From Aquincola sp. (GTDB lineage: Bacteria; Pseudomonadota; Gammaproteobacteria; Burkholderiales; Burkholderiaceae_C): 64,000 bases of DNA. The stretch spans positions 41,178 through 105,177 of the forward strand of contig JALHQP010000005.1 of NCBI GenBank assembly GCA_022841885.1, in the 5' to 3' direction. Position numbers and translations under genes: made by a program. Below, in pieces: positions 8,420 through 16,616 of this stretch; position 1 is the stretch's first letter; the number at the start of each line of letters is the position of its first letter. Under the pieces are notes generated by a model. The model was given only the letters and a program-made list of their open reading frames with translations, searched no databases and was not told the DNA's origin.

Positions 8420-9273
8420 CGCTTCGATCGCAGGTTGCGCTTGATCTCGGCCAGCATCGGCCGCAGTTCGCTGCCGAGCTTCAGCGCCACGCCGGTGGTC
8501 AGGATGTCGATGATGACCAGGTGCAGCAGGCGCGACACCATCGGGCTGTAGCGGTCGTAGTCCTCCGGGTGATCGGCGGCGAGCAGGATCTGCTGCCCGC
8601 TCGTGGCCGAGCGCGCCAGCGGCGAACCCGTGGCGGTGATCACGATCGTGGTCGCCCCCTTGCGGCGGGCGATCTCGGCCGCGTCGAGCAGGTCGCGGCT
8701 GCGGCCCGAGTTGGAGATCACCACCGCGCAGTCGCCCGGTTGCAGCATCGTTGCGCTCATCACCTGCACGTGGCCGTCGGCGACCGCCGAGGCCGTGACG
8801 CCGAGGCGAAAGAACTTGTGCTGCGCGTCCATCGCCACGATGCCGGAGTTGCCCACACCGTAGAAGTCGATGCGCCGTCCGTTGCGGCAGGCCGCGGCCA
8901 GCGCTTCGATCGCGCGCTCGAAGGCGTGCGATGCGGCGTCGTTGCGGTAGGCCAGCAGTGCGCTGACCGCGTTGTCGATCACCTTGACGACGATGTCGCC
9001 CGGCTTGTCGTCCTCGTCGACCGCACGGTGCACGAAGGGCACGCCTTCGTTGACCGTGCCGGCGAGCTTGAGCTTGAAGTCGGCCAGGCCGTCGTAGCCG
9101 ACGCTGCGGCAGAAGCGCACCACCGTCGGCTTGCTGACATGCGAGCGGTCGGCCAGCTCACTGACCGGCAGCGACGCGAAGCTGCGCGGGTCGGCCAGCA
9201 CCAGCTTGGCCACGCGCTGCTCGGCCGGCGGCAGCGCCGGCAGCGCCGCGTGCACACGCTCGAGCATGCTCAT
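8398..9273 (-). CDS. hexR: RpiR/HexR family transcriptional regulator
   Basis: Only the C-terminal 291 codons of ORF 8398..11100 are credible, starting MSMLERVHAALPALPPAEQRVAKLVLADP. HTH VSKPTVVRFCRSVGYDGLADFK plus a SIS domain (IDFYGVGNSGIVAMDAQHKF). The start overlaps the zwf stop (ATGA). Confidence 0.85.
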   Translation of the reverse strand: MSMLERVHAALPALPPAEQRVAKLVLADPRSFASLPVSELADRSHVSKPTVVRFCRSVGYDGLADFKLKLAGTVNEGVPFVHRAVDEDDKPGDIVVKVIDNAVSALLAYRNDAASHAFERAIEALAAACRNGRRIDFYGVGNSGIVAMDAQHKFFRLGVTASAVADGHVQVMSATMLQPGDCAVVISNSGRSRDLLDAAEIARRKGATTIVITATGSPLARSATSGQQILLAADHPEDYDRYSPMVSRLLHLVIIDILTTGVALKLGSELRPMLAEIKRNLRSKRYARAED

Positions 9274-10715
9274 GCTTCTTCGTCCCAGGCGAAGCCGTCG
9301 CGTGCGATCAGCGCGCTGGCCGCCGGCGGGCCCCACGAGCCCGCGGCGTAGGGTCGCGGCCCGGTCGTGTCGCTGCGCCAGGCGGCGAGAACCGGCTCGA
9401 CCCAGCGCCAGGCCTCTTCCTGTTCGTCGCTGCGCACGAACAGGTTCAGGCGCCCGGCCACCGCATCGAGCAGCAGGCGCTCGTAGGCGCCCACGCGGGC
9501 GGTGGAGAACGCCTTGTCGAAGTCGAGGTCCAGCTTCACCGGGGCCAGCACCTCGTTGCTGCCGCTGCCCTTGGCGGCGAGCAGGTGCAGCTCGAGCCCG
9601 TCCTCGGGCTGCAGCTTGATCACCAGCTTGTTGGCGCGTGCACTGCCGGCGAAGATGGAGTGCGGCACCGGCCGGAAGTTGACGACGATCTGCGCATCGC
9701 GCCCGGGCAGGCGCTTGCCGGTGCGAAGGTAAAAGGGCACGCCGGCCCAGCGCCAGTTCTGCACTTCCGTGCGCAACGCGACGAAGGTCTCGGTGGCGCT
9801 GGCCGCGGGCACCTTGGCCTCGTCCAGGTAGCCCACGGCCGCCTGGCCCTCGACGTTGCCGGCGCGGTACTGGCCTCGCACCACGTCGCGCGCCACGCTC
9901 TCGGGCGTGAAGGGCTTCAGCGACTTCAGCACCTTCAGCTTTTCGTCGCGGATCGCGTCGGCATCGCCGTTGGCGGGCGGTTCCATCGCGATGATCGTCA
10001 GCAACTGCAGCGCGTGGTTCTGGACCATGTCGCGCAGCGCACCGGTGCGGTCGTAGAAGTCGCCGCGCGTGCCCACGCCGAGTGCCTCGGCGATCGTGAT
10101 CTGGATGTTGGCGATGCTTTCGCGTCGCCACAGCGGTTCGAACAGGGCATTGCCGAAGCGCAGGGCCGTGAGGTTCTGCACCGCGGGCTTGCCCAGGTAA
10201 TGGTCGATGCGCATCGCCTGCGCCTCGGTAAACGAGGCGCGCACGACGCGATTGATCTCCTGCGCGCTTGCCAGGTCGTGGCCGAGCGGCTTTTCGAGCA
10301 CCACGCGCACGTGCGGGCCGTTCAGACCGGCCGCACCGAGCTGGGCGCAGATCTGCGTGAACAGGTGCGGGCTGGTGGCGAGGAAGAAGATGGTGGTATC
10401 CGCCCCGCGCGCGTCGAGCCACTGCTTCAGGCCCGCGTAGTGCTCGGGCTGCGCCAGGTCCATGCGCCGGTAGTGCAGCAGCGCGGCGAAGCGCGCGAAC
10501 TCTTCGTCGCTCGGGCGCTTGGCGCTTTCGACCTCGCAGAAGCGGTCGCGGATGAAACCGCGGTACTCGTCGTCGCTGCGCTCGTCGCGCGCCACGGCGA
10601 GGATGCGCCCGCCCTCGGGCAGCTTGCCGTGGCGCCACGCCTGGAACAGCGCCGGCATCAGCTTGCGCCAGGTCAGGTCGCCCGTACCGCCGAAAAGAAC
10701 GAGATCGAAAGACAT
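9270..10715 (-). CDS. zwf: Glucose-6-phosphate 1-dehydrogenase
   Basis: N-terminal FDLVLFGGTGDLTWRKLMPAL, active-site region RIDHYLGKPAVQN, 481 aa. Confidence 0.95.
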   Translation of the reverse strand: MSFDLVLFGGTGDLTWRKLMPALFQAWRHGKLPEGGRILAVARDERSDDEYRGFIRDRFCEVESAKRPSDEEFARFAALLHYRRMDLAQPEHYAGLKQWLDARGADTTIFFLATSPHLFTQICAQLGAAGLNGPHVRVVLEKPLGHDLASAQEINRVVRASFTEAQAMRIDHYLGKPAVQNLTALRFGNALFEPLWRRESIANIQITIAEALGVGTRGDFYDRTGALRDMVQNHALQLLTIIAMEPPANGDADAIRDEKLKVLKSLKPFTPESVARDVVRGQYRAGNVEGQAAVGYLDEAKVPAASATETFVALRTEVQNWRWAGVPFYLRTGKRLPGRDAQIVVNFRPVPHSIFAGSARANKLVIKLQPEDGLELHLLAAKGSGSNEVLAPVKLDLDFDKAFSTARVGAYERLLLDAVAGRLNLFVRSDEQEEAWRWVEPVLAAWRSDTTGPRPYAAGSWGPPAASALIARDGFAWDEEA

Positions 10716-10741
10716 CGTGGAGTGGTCGGAAGAACTGGTGA

Positions 10742-10755
10742 TGTAATTTTGTTAC
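10742..10755. promoter_or_regulatory. Candidate HexR operator in the zwf / tal divergent region
   Basis: TGTAATTTTGTTAC(T) lies in the only AT-rich patch of the 92-nt zwf-tal spacer. It matches 13 of 15 positions of the published proteobacterial HexR palindrome TGTAATwwwATTACA, recalled from the literature. Confidence 0.45.
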
Positions 10756-10807
10756 TGCTACGATGATGCATGAGTTTCTTGGCCCGGTCAACGCGGGCCG
10801 CGCCGTG

Positions 10808-11758
10808 ATGAACCAGCTCGAACAGCTCAAGCAATTCACCACCGTCGTCGCCGATACCGGCAACTTCAAGCAGCTCGCGCAGTTCGCGCCGCGCGACGCG
10901 ACGACCAACCCGTCGCTGATCCTGAGGGCCGTGCAGCAACCCGAGTACGCGCCGCTGCTGGCCGAAACGGTGCGTGCGGTGAAGGGCAAGGCGCTCGACC
11001 GTGTCGTCGACCAGGTGCTGGTGCGCTTCGGCATCGAGATCCTGAACGTCGTGCCGGGCCGTGTCAGCACCGAGGTCGACGCGCGCCTGTCGTTCGACAC
11101 CGCCGCGACGATCGCGCGCGCGCACCGTTTGATCGAGCTCTACGAGCGTGCCGGTGTGGCGCGCGAGCGCGTGCTGATCAAGGTGGCGTCGACCTGGGAG
11201 GGCATCCAGGCGGCCAAGGCGCTCGAGCACGAAGGCATCCACTGCAACCTGACGCTGCTGTTCGCGTTCTGCCAGGCGGTGGCCTGCGGCGAAGCCGGCA
11301 TCACGCTGATCTCGCCCTTCGTCGGCCGCATCTACGACTGGCACAAGAAGGCGGCCGGCAGCGCCTGGGACGAGGCCGCGCGTGCCGGGTCCAACGACCC
11401 TGGTGTGCGCTCGGTGAGCCAGATCTACACCTACTACAAGCACTTCGACATCGGCACCGAGGTGATGGGAGCGAGCTTTCGCAATGTCGGGCAGATCCAG
11501 GCCCTGGCCGGTTGCGACCTGCTGACGATCAGCCCCGAACTGCTGGCTCAACTGCAGGCCAGCGAGGCGCCGCTGGTGCGCGCGCTCGATCCGGAGTCCG
11601 CGAAACGCGCCACGGTGCACGCACACACGTTCAACGAGGCGGGCTTTCGCTTCGCGCTCAACGACGATGCGATGGCCAGCGAGAAGCTGGCCGAAGGCAT
11701 CCGCGCCTTCGCGGCCGACGCCGCCAAGCTGGACGCGATGATCGAGGCCTTGCCATGA
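10808..11758 (+). CDS. tal: Transaldolase
   Basis: Start chosen at [20 protein letters not shown], the canonical transaldolase B N-terminus. The ORF-track start at 10763 adds 15 unlikely residues. Active-site region [14 protein letters not shown]. Confidence 0.9.
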   Translation: MNQLEQLKQFTTVVADTGNFKQLAQFAPRDATTNPSLILRAVQQPEYAPLLAETVRAVKGKALDRVVDQVLVRFGIEILNVVPGRVSTEVDARLSFDTAATIARAHRLIELYERAGVARERVLIKVASTWEGIQAAKALEHEGIHCNLTLLFAFCQAVACGEAGITLISPFVGRIYDWHKKAAGSAWDEAARAGSNDPGVRSVSQIYTYYKHFDIGTEVMGASFRNVGQIQALAGCDLLTISPELLAQLQASEAPLVRALDPESAKRATVHAHTFNEAGFRFALNDDAMASEKLAEGIRAFAADAAKLDAMIEALP

Positions 11759-13356
11759 CGACGCGCTGCGACCGCACCCAGGCCTGGACCGCGCTCGCCG
11801 GCCACTACCGGGCGCATGGTCGCGACTTCGACCTGCGCGACGCGTTCACGCGCGACCCGGGGCGCGCCGCGGCACTGAGCTGCGAAGCGCCCGAGGTCTT
11901 TGCCGACCTGTCGAAGAACCTCGTCGACGTCGCGGCAATGAAGTTCCTGCTCGACCTGGCGCACGAGTGCGGCATCGAGCCGCGGCGCGACGCCATGTTC
12001 GCGGGCGAACCGATCAACGCCACCGAAGGCCGCGCGGTGCTGCACAGCGCGTTGCGCGCGCCACGAGGTGCCGCCGCGTTCTCCGACGAAGTGCACGGTG
12101 TGCTCGACGCGATGCTGGCCTACGCCGATGTGCAGCGCGACGGCACCGCGAGCGGCATCCGTCACGTCGTCAACATCGGCATTGGCGGCAGCGACCTCGG
12201 GCCGCAGATGGCCGTCACCGCGCTCGAGCCCTGGGTGCCCACGGGCCTGCAGATGCACTTCGTCAGCAACGTCGACGGCCACGACCTGACACGCGTGATG
12301 CGGCGCCTGAATGCACGCGAGACCCTGTTCGTGGTCGCGTCGAAGACCTTCACGACGCAGGAGACGATGACCAACGCGATGGCCGCGCGTCAGTGGTTCC
12401 TGGCGCAGGAGGGCATGACGCAGGCCGACATCGCGCGCCACTTCGCGGCCACCACGACCAATGTGCGTGCCGCGGCCGAGTTCGGCATCACCACCACCTT
12501 CGGCTTCTGGGATTGGGTCGGTGGCCGTTACTCGCTGTGGAGTGCGATCGGCCTGCCCATCGCACTCGCCGTCGGTGGCACGAACTTCCGTGCGCTGCTC
12601 GCCGGTGCGCACGCGATGGACCGCCACTTCGCCGAAACACCGCTGGCGCGCAACCTGCCGGTGCTGCTGGCGCTGATCGATCTCTGGTACCGCAACTTTC
12701 ACCATTTCGGCAGCCGCTCGGTGGCGCCCTACCACCAGGGCCTCGCGCGCCTGCCGGCCTACCTGCAGCAGCTCGAGATGGAGAGCAATGGCAAACGGGT
12801 GGACATGCACGGTGAGCTGCTGCCCTACGCCACCAGCCCGGTGGTGTGGGGCGAGCCCGGCACGAACGGCCAGCACGCCTACTTCCAGATGCTGCACCAG
12901 GGCACCGACGTCGTGCCGGTAGAGTTCATCGCCGTCAAGCACGCACAGCATGGTCTGGCGGACTCGCATACGAAGCTGCTCGCCAACTGCCTGGCGCAGA
13001 GCCAGGCGCTGATGCTCGGCAAGAGCGCCGACGAGGCGCTGGCCGAGTCGGCACCGACCGCGGCCGCGGGCTACGACCGCGCACGCCTGGCGCAGCACCG
13101 CAGCTTCCCGGGCAACCGGCCGAGCACGACGCTGGTGCTCGACCGGCTGACGCCGCGCTCGCTGGGTGCGCTGATCGCGCTCTACGAGCACCGCGTGTTC
13201 ACCACCGGTGCGCTGTGGGGCATCAACAGCTTCGACCAATGGGGTGTCGAACTCGGCAAGGCGCTCGCCAACCGGCTGCTGCCGCGTTTCGCGAGCGGCG
13301 ATGCGAGCGGGCTCGACGCCTCCACCGCCGCGCTGCTCGCGCGCCTGCGCTCATGA
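11755..13356 (+). CDS. pgi: Glucose-6-phosphate isomerase
   Basis: ATG at 11755 overlaps the tal stop (ATGA). PGI motifs [19 protein letters not shown] and [19 protein letters not shown]. Confidence 0.95.
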   Translation: MTTRCDRTQAWTALAGHYRAHGRDFDLRDAFTRDPGRAAALSCEAPEVFADLSKNLVDVAAMKFLLDLAHECGIEPRRDAMFAGEPINATEGRAVLHSALRAPRGAAAFSDEVHGVLDAMLAYADVQRDGTASGIRHVVNIGIGGSDLGPQMAVTALEPWVPTGLQMHFVSNVDGHDLTRVMRRLNARETLFVVASKTFTTQETMTNAMAARQWFLAQEGMTQADIARHFAATTTNVRAAAEFGITTTFGFWDWVGGRYSLWSAIGLPIALAVGGTNFRALLAGAHAMDRHFAETPLARNLPVLLALIDLWYRNFHHFGSRSVAPYHQGLARLPAYLQQLEMESNGKRVDMHGELLPYATSPVVWGEPGTNGQHAYFQMLHQGTDVVPVEFIAVKHAQHGLADSHTKLLANCLAQSQALMLGKSADEALAESAPTAAAGYDRARLAQHRSFPGNRPSTTLVLDRLTPRSLGALIALYEHRVFTTGALWGINSFDQWGVELGKALANRLLPRFASGDASGLDASTAALLARLRS

Positions 13357-13982
13357 GCCGGCGCGCCGTCGTGTTCGACGTCGGCGGCGTGCTGGTGCAG
13401 TGGAAACCGCTGGAATTGATGCGCGCGCACTTCGGTGACCTGGCGCGCGACGACGCCGGCGCCCGGGCCGTGATGGCCCAGGTGTTCCAGACCTTTGCGC
13501 CCGAGGCCGACTGGGGCGCCTTCGACCGCGGCCACGTCGAGCCCGACGTGCTGGCCGAGCGCATCGCCGCGCGCACCGGTTATCCACGTGCGCAGTTGGC
13601 AGCGCTGATCGACGCGATCCCGCAGCACCTGCAACCGATGCCCGACAGCGTCGCGCTGCTGCAGCGTGTGCGTGCGGCGGGCCACCGACTGGCGCTCCTG
13701 TCCAACATGCCGCGGCCCTATGCCGCCCATCTCGAGCGGGCACACGAATGCTTCGGCTGGTTCGAACACCGCACCTGGTCCGGGCGCCTGGGCGTGATGA
13801 AGCCGCAGCGCGAGATCTTCGACCACATCCGCGAGGCCGCGGGGCTGGACCTCGCGCACGCGGTGTTCGTCGACGACCACCTGGGCAACATCGAAGCGGC
13901 ACGCGCCTACGGTTGGCACGCGATCCACTTCGACGGCGCGGCCGGCTGCGCGGCGGCGCTCGAGCGCGAGGGCTTCCTCTAG
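13353..13982 (+). CDS. HAD-superfamily hydrolase (subfamily IA-like phosphatase)
   Basis: ATG at 13353 overlaps the pgi stop (ATGA). HAD motif I VVFDVGGVL, motif II LLSN, motif IV FVDD. Confidence 0.8.
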   Translation: MSRRAVVFDVGGVLVQWKPLELMRAHFGDLARDDAGARAVMAQVFQTFAPEADWGAFDRGHVEPDVLAERIAARTGYPRAQLAALIDAIPQHLQPMPDSVALLQRVRAAGHRLALLSNMPRPYAAHLERAHECFGWFEHRTWSGRLGVMKPQREIFDHIREAAGLDLAHAVFVDDHLGNIEAARAYGWHAIHFDGAAGCAAALEREGFL

Positions 13983-13989
13983 CGCAGGC

Positions 13990-15183
13990 TCAGCGCGGAC
14001 GCGCGAGCCAGCTTTCGGCCAGGCGCACCCACATCGTCGCGCCGAGCGGGATCAGGTCGTCGTTGAAGTCGTAGCTCGGGTTGTGCAGCATGCAGGGCCC
14101 CATGCCGTGGCCGCTGTCGCGGTGGCTGCCGTCGCCGTTGCCGATCAGGAAGTAGCAGCCGGGCTTGTCGAGCAGGAAGTAGCTGAAGTCCTCGGCGCCC
14201 ATCGTCGGTTCGAAGTCGAGCACGTTGCCCGCGCCTGCCACGTCGGCGGCCACCTGGCGGAAGAACGCGGTCTCGGCCTCGTGGTTGATCGTCGGCGGGT
14301 AGTTGCGGTGGAACTCGAAGCTGCTGCGCACGCCGAAGGCGGCGGCCGTGCCCTCGACCACCTCCTTCATGCGGCGCTCGATCAGGTCCAGCACCTCGAG
14401 CGTGAAGGTGCGCACCGTGCCCTCGAGCACGCAACTGTCGGGCACCACATTGGTCGCCTCGCCGGCATGGATCATCGTCACCGAGATCACCGCGGCGTCG
14501 ATCGGCCGCTTGTTGCGCGTGACGATGGTCTGGAAGGCCTGCACCATCTGGCAGGCCACCGGCACCGGATCCAGCCCCAGGTGCGGCATCGCGCCGTGCG
14601 CGCCCTTGCCGGTGATCGTGATCTTGAACTCGTTGCTCGACGCAAAGCAGGGCCCGGGCTTGACCGCGAACTGGCCGACCTTCATGCCGGGCCAGTTGTG
14701 CGCACCGAAGATCGCCTCCATCGGGAACTTCGTGAACAGGCCGTCCTTGATCATCTCGCGCGCCCCGCCGCCGCCTTCCTCGGCCGGCTGGAACACGAGG
14801 TAGACGGTGCCGTCGAAGTTGCGGTGCCTCGCGAGATGTTTGGCCGCGGCGAGCAGCATCGCGGTGTGGCCGTCGTGGCCGCAGGCGTGCATCTTGCCGG
14901 CGAAGGTGCTGGCGTGAGCGAACTTGTTGTGCTCGGTCATCGGCAGCGCGTCGATGTCGGCGCGCAGGCCCACGGCGCGGTCGGACGTGCCGTTCTTGAC
15001 GATGCCCACCACGCCGGTGGTGCCCAGGCCCCGGTGCACCGGGATGCCCCAGTCGGTCAGCGCCTGGGCGATCAGGTCGCTGGTGCGCTGCTCCTGGAAG
15101 CACAGCTCCGGGTGGGCGTGGATGTCGCGCCGCAGCGTGGCGATGCTCGCCGCGTCGGCAAGGATGGATTCGATCGGCTTCAT
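13990..15183 (-). CDS. M20D family amidohydrolase (hippurate / N-acyl-amino-acid hydrolase-like)
   Basis: 397 aa. Motifs RRDIHAHPELCFQE, MHACGHDGHTAMLL and FQPAEEGGGGA are typical of this family. Confidence 0.85.
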   Translation of the reverse strand: MKPIESILADAASIATLRRDIHAHPELCFQEQRTSDLIAQALTDWGIPVHRGLGTTGVVGIVKNGTSDRAVGLRADIDALPMTEHNKFAHASTFAGKMHACGHDGHTAMLLAAAKHLARHRNFDGTVYLVFQPAEEGGGGAREMIKDGLFTKFPMEAIFGAHNWPGMKVGQFAVKPGPCFASSNEFKITITGKGAHGAMPHLGLDPVPVACQMVQAFQTIVTRNKRPIDAAVISVTMIHAGEATNVVPDSCVLEGTVRTFTLEVLDLIERRMKEVVEGTAAAFGVRSSFEFHRNYPPTINHEAETAFFRQVAADVAGAGNVLDFEPTMGAEDFSYFLLDKPGCYFLIGNGDGSHRDSGHGMGPCMLHNPSYDFNDDLIPLGATMWVRLAESWLARPR

Positions 15184-15261
15184 GGCAAGGCCCCGGGAGG
15201 ATCGGTCACCCAGTTTAAGCAGTCAGCCAAGCAAACACCGCGGATCCGGCTTTGCCGGGCC

Positions 15262-15310
15262 GCTGGCGTTGCCCCCTCGAGGGGGAGCGGCGAAGCTGGA
15301 GGGGGTGGGC
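15262..15310. repeat. Short GC-rich REP-like palindrome, family 2, copy A
   Basis: Core CCCCCTCGAGGGGG at 15272-15285, flanked by GGAGGGGGTGGGC. The reverse complement resembles the elements at 27812-27885 and 32805-32880. Confidence 0.5.
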
Positions 15311-16468
15311 CTATCTACGGACCTTGCCGTCCCCCGACAGGATGGTCAGGTCGACGAAACGCGACCCCGCATGCTTGTTGGCCGCGAAGTCGACGTAGAA
15401 GCCACCGAGGTTGAATTCGCGCAGCGACTCCATGGCGCCGATCAGTGCGTCCTGCGTCGGCGCGTTGCCGGCGCGTCGTAGCGCCTCGGCCAACGTCTTG
15501 GCCGCCACATAGCCCTCGATGCTGCTGTAGTTGGGTTCGAACTTGCCGCCGCCGGCCTGGCCCGCGGCAAGGTACTCGCCCGAAATCAGCGTGACGGGCG
15601 AGTAGGGGTAAGGCATCACCTGGCTGACGACCACGCCGCGCGCGTCGCTGGCCAGCTCGTCGGCCAGTGCCTTGGTGCCGACGAAGCTGACGTTGTAGAA
15701 GGTGCCGCCGAAGCCCGCCTTGCGCGCCGCACGGATGAAGGCGGCGCAGGACTTGTAGGCACTGATCTGCACGATCGCGTCGGGCTTGCCGGCCAGGATC
15801 GACTTGACCGCGGCGTCCACGTCCACCGTGTTGCGTTCGACCGTGCCCAAGCCTGCCGGCTCCATTCCGAGCGGCTTGAGCGCACGGACGACACCGTCGA
15901 GACCGGCCTTGCCGTAGGAGTCGTTCTGGTAGAAGACGCCGATGCGCTTGATGCCCACCGAGGTGACCTGCTTGACGATCTCGCCGGTCTCGTCGAAGTA
16001 CGAGGCGCGCACGTGGAACGCGTAGCGGTTGAACGGCTCACGCAGCGCCTGCGCGCCGGTGAAGGGCGCGATGAAGGGTGTGCGCGCCGCGGTGGCCACC
16101 GGCAGCGCCGCCAGGCTGGTGGGCGTGCCGATGTAGCCGAAGAGGGCGAACACCCCGTCCTTGACCAGCTGTTCGGTGTTGGCCTTGCAGCGGTCGGGCT
16201 CGTAGCCGTCGTCCAGGCTTTTCAGCTCGACCGGCCGGCCGTTGATGCCGCCCTTGGCATTGAGGCGGTCGAAGTAGAGCAGCGCGCCGCGCTTGAACTG
16301 TTCGCCCAGCTGCGCCGCCGGCCCGCTGAACGCCGCCGACTGACCGAGCAGGAAGGGGCGCTGCGCGGCCTGGGCCCACGCGGGAGCGGCGAGCACCGAG
16401 GCGGCAGCACCGGCCAGGTGCTTCAAGACGTGGCGGCGCGTGCCGGGTCGGGGACTGCTCTGGCGCAT
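15311..16468 (-). CDS. ABC-type branched-chain amino acid family periplasmic solute-binding protein (orphan)
   Basis: Start placed at MRQSSPRPGTRRHVLKHLAGAAASVLAAPAWA, with GAGGAA upstream. The longer ORF-track N-terminus is rejected. The body resembles the LivJ/LivK-like type I binding-protein family. No permease or ATPase genes are adjacent. Confidence 0.8.
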   Translation of the reverse strand: MRQSSPRPGTRRHVLKHLAGAAASVLAAPAWAQAAQRPFLLGQSAAFSGPAAQLGEQFKRGALLYFDRLNAKGGINGRPVELKSLDDGYEPDRCKANTEQLVKDGVFALFGYIGTPTSLAALPVATAARTPFIAPFTGAQALREPFNRYAFHVRASYFDETGEIVKQVTSVGIKRIGVFYQNDSYGKAGLDGVVRALKPLGMEPAGLGTVERNTVDVDAAVKSILAGKPDAIVQISAYKSCAAFIRAARKAGFGGTFYNVSFVGTKALADELASDARGVVVSQVMPYPYSPVTLISGEYLAAGQAGGGKFEPNYSSIEGYVAAKTLAEALRRAGNAPTQDALIGAMESLREFNLGGFYVDFAANKHAGSRFVDLTILSGDGKVRR

Positions 16469-16616
16469 GGCGGGTTCCTCGACGACGCGACGCCGGCCGC
16501 CCGTCGGACGCGGGACAGGGCTCGGTTTCGTCGCCACCGGCACGTTAGCGCCGGCCCGCTGGCCGTGCACAAACCAGTGCCGAAACAAACATTCGGCGCT
16601 GTGCAATAGTTCATCC

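Noticed and set aside
8398-11100. 900-aa ORF spanning hexR and the antisense of zwf. Similar over-extended ORF-track N-termini occur at 5253, 7160, 11512, 12846, 15311..16783, 16440, 18560, 20129..20578, 31632, 37719, 38489, 39033, 44076..44714, 46261, 51061..52674, 51945..54332 and 53645..55321.
   Set aside because: Only the distal part of each matches a protein family. Internal starts that give canonical N-termini, often forming ATGA/GTGA junctions with the preceding gene, were used instead.
16469-16616. Possible Moco riboswitch or other leader upstream of the molybdopterin oxidoreductase.
   Set aside because: I could not recognise the conserved Moco-riboswitch sequence blocks. The spacer is just a divergent promoter region. 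A covariance-model scan would be needed to exclude it formally.
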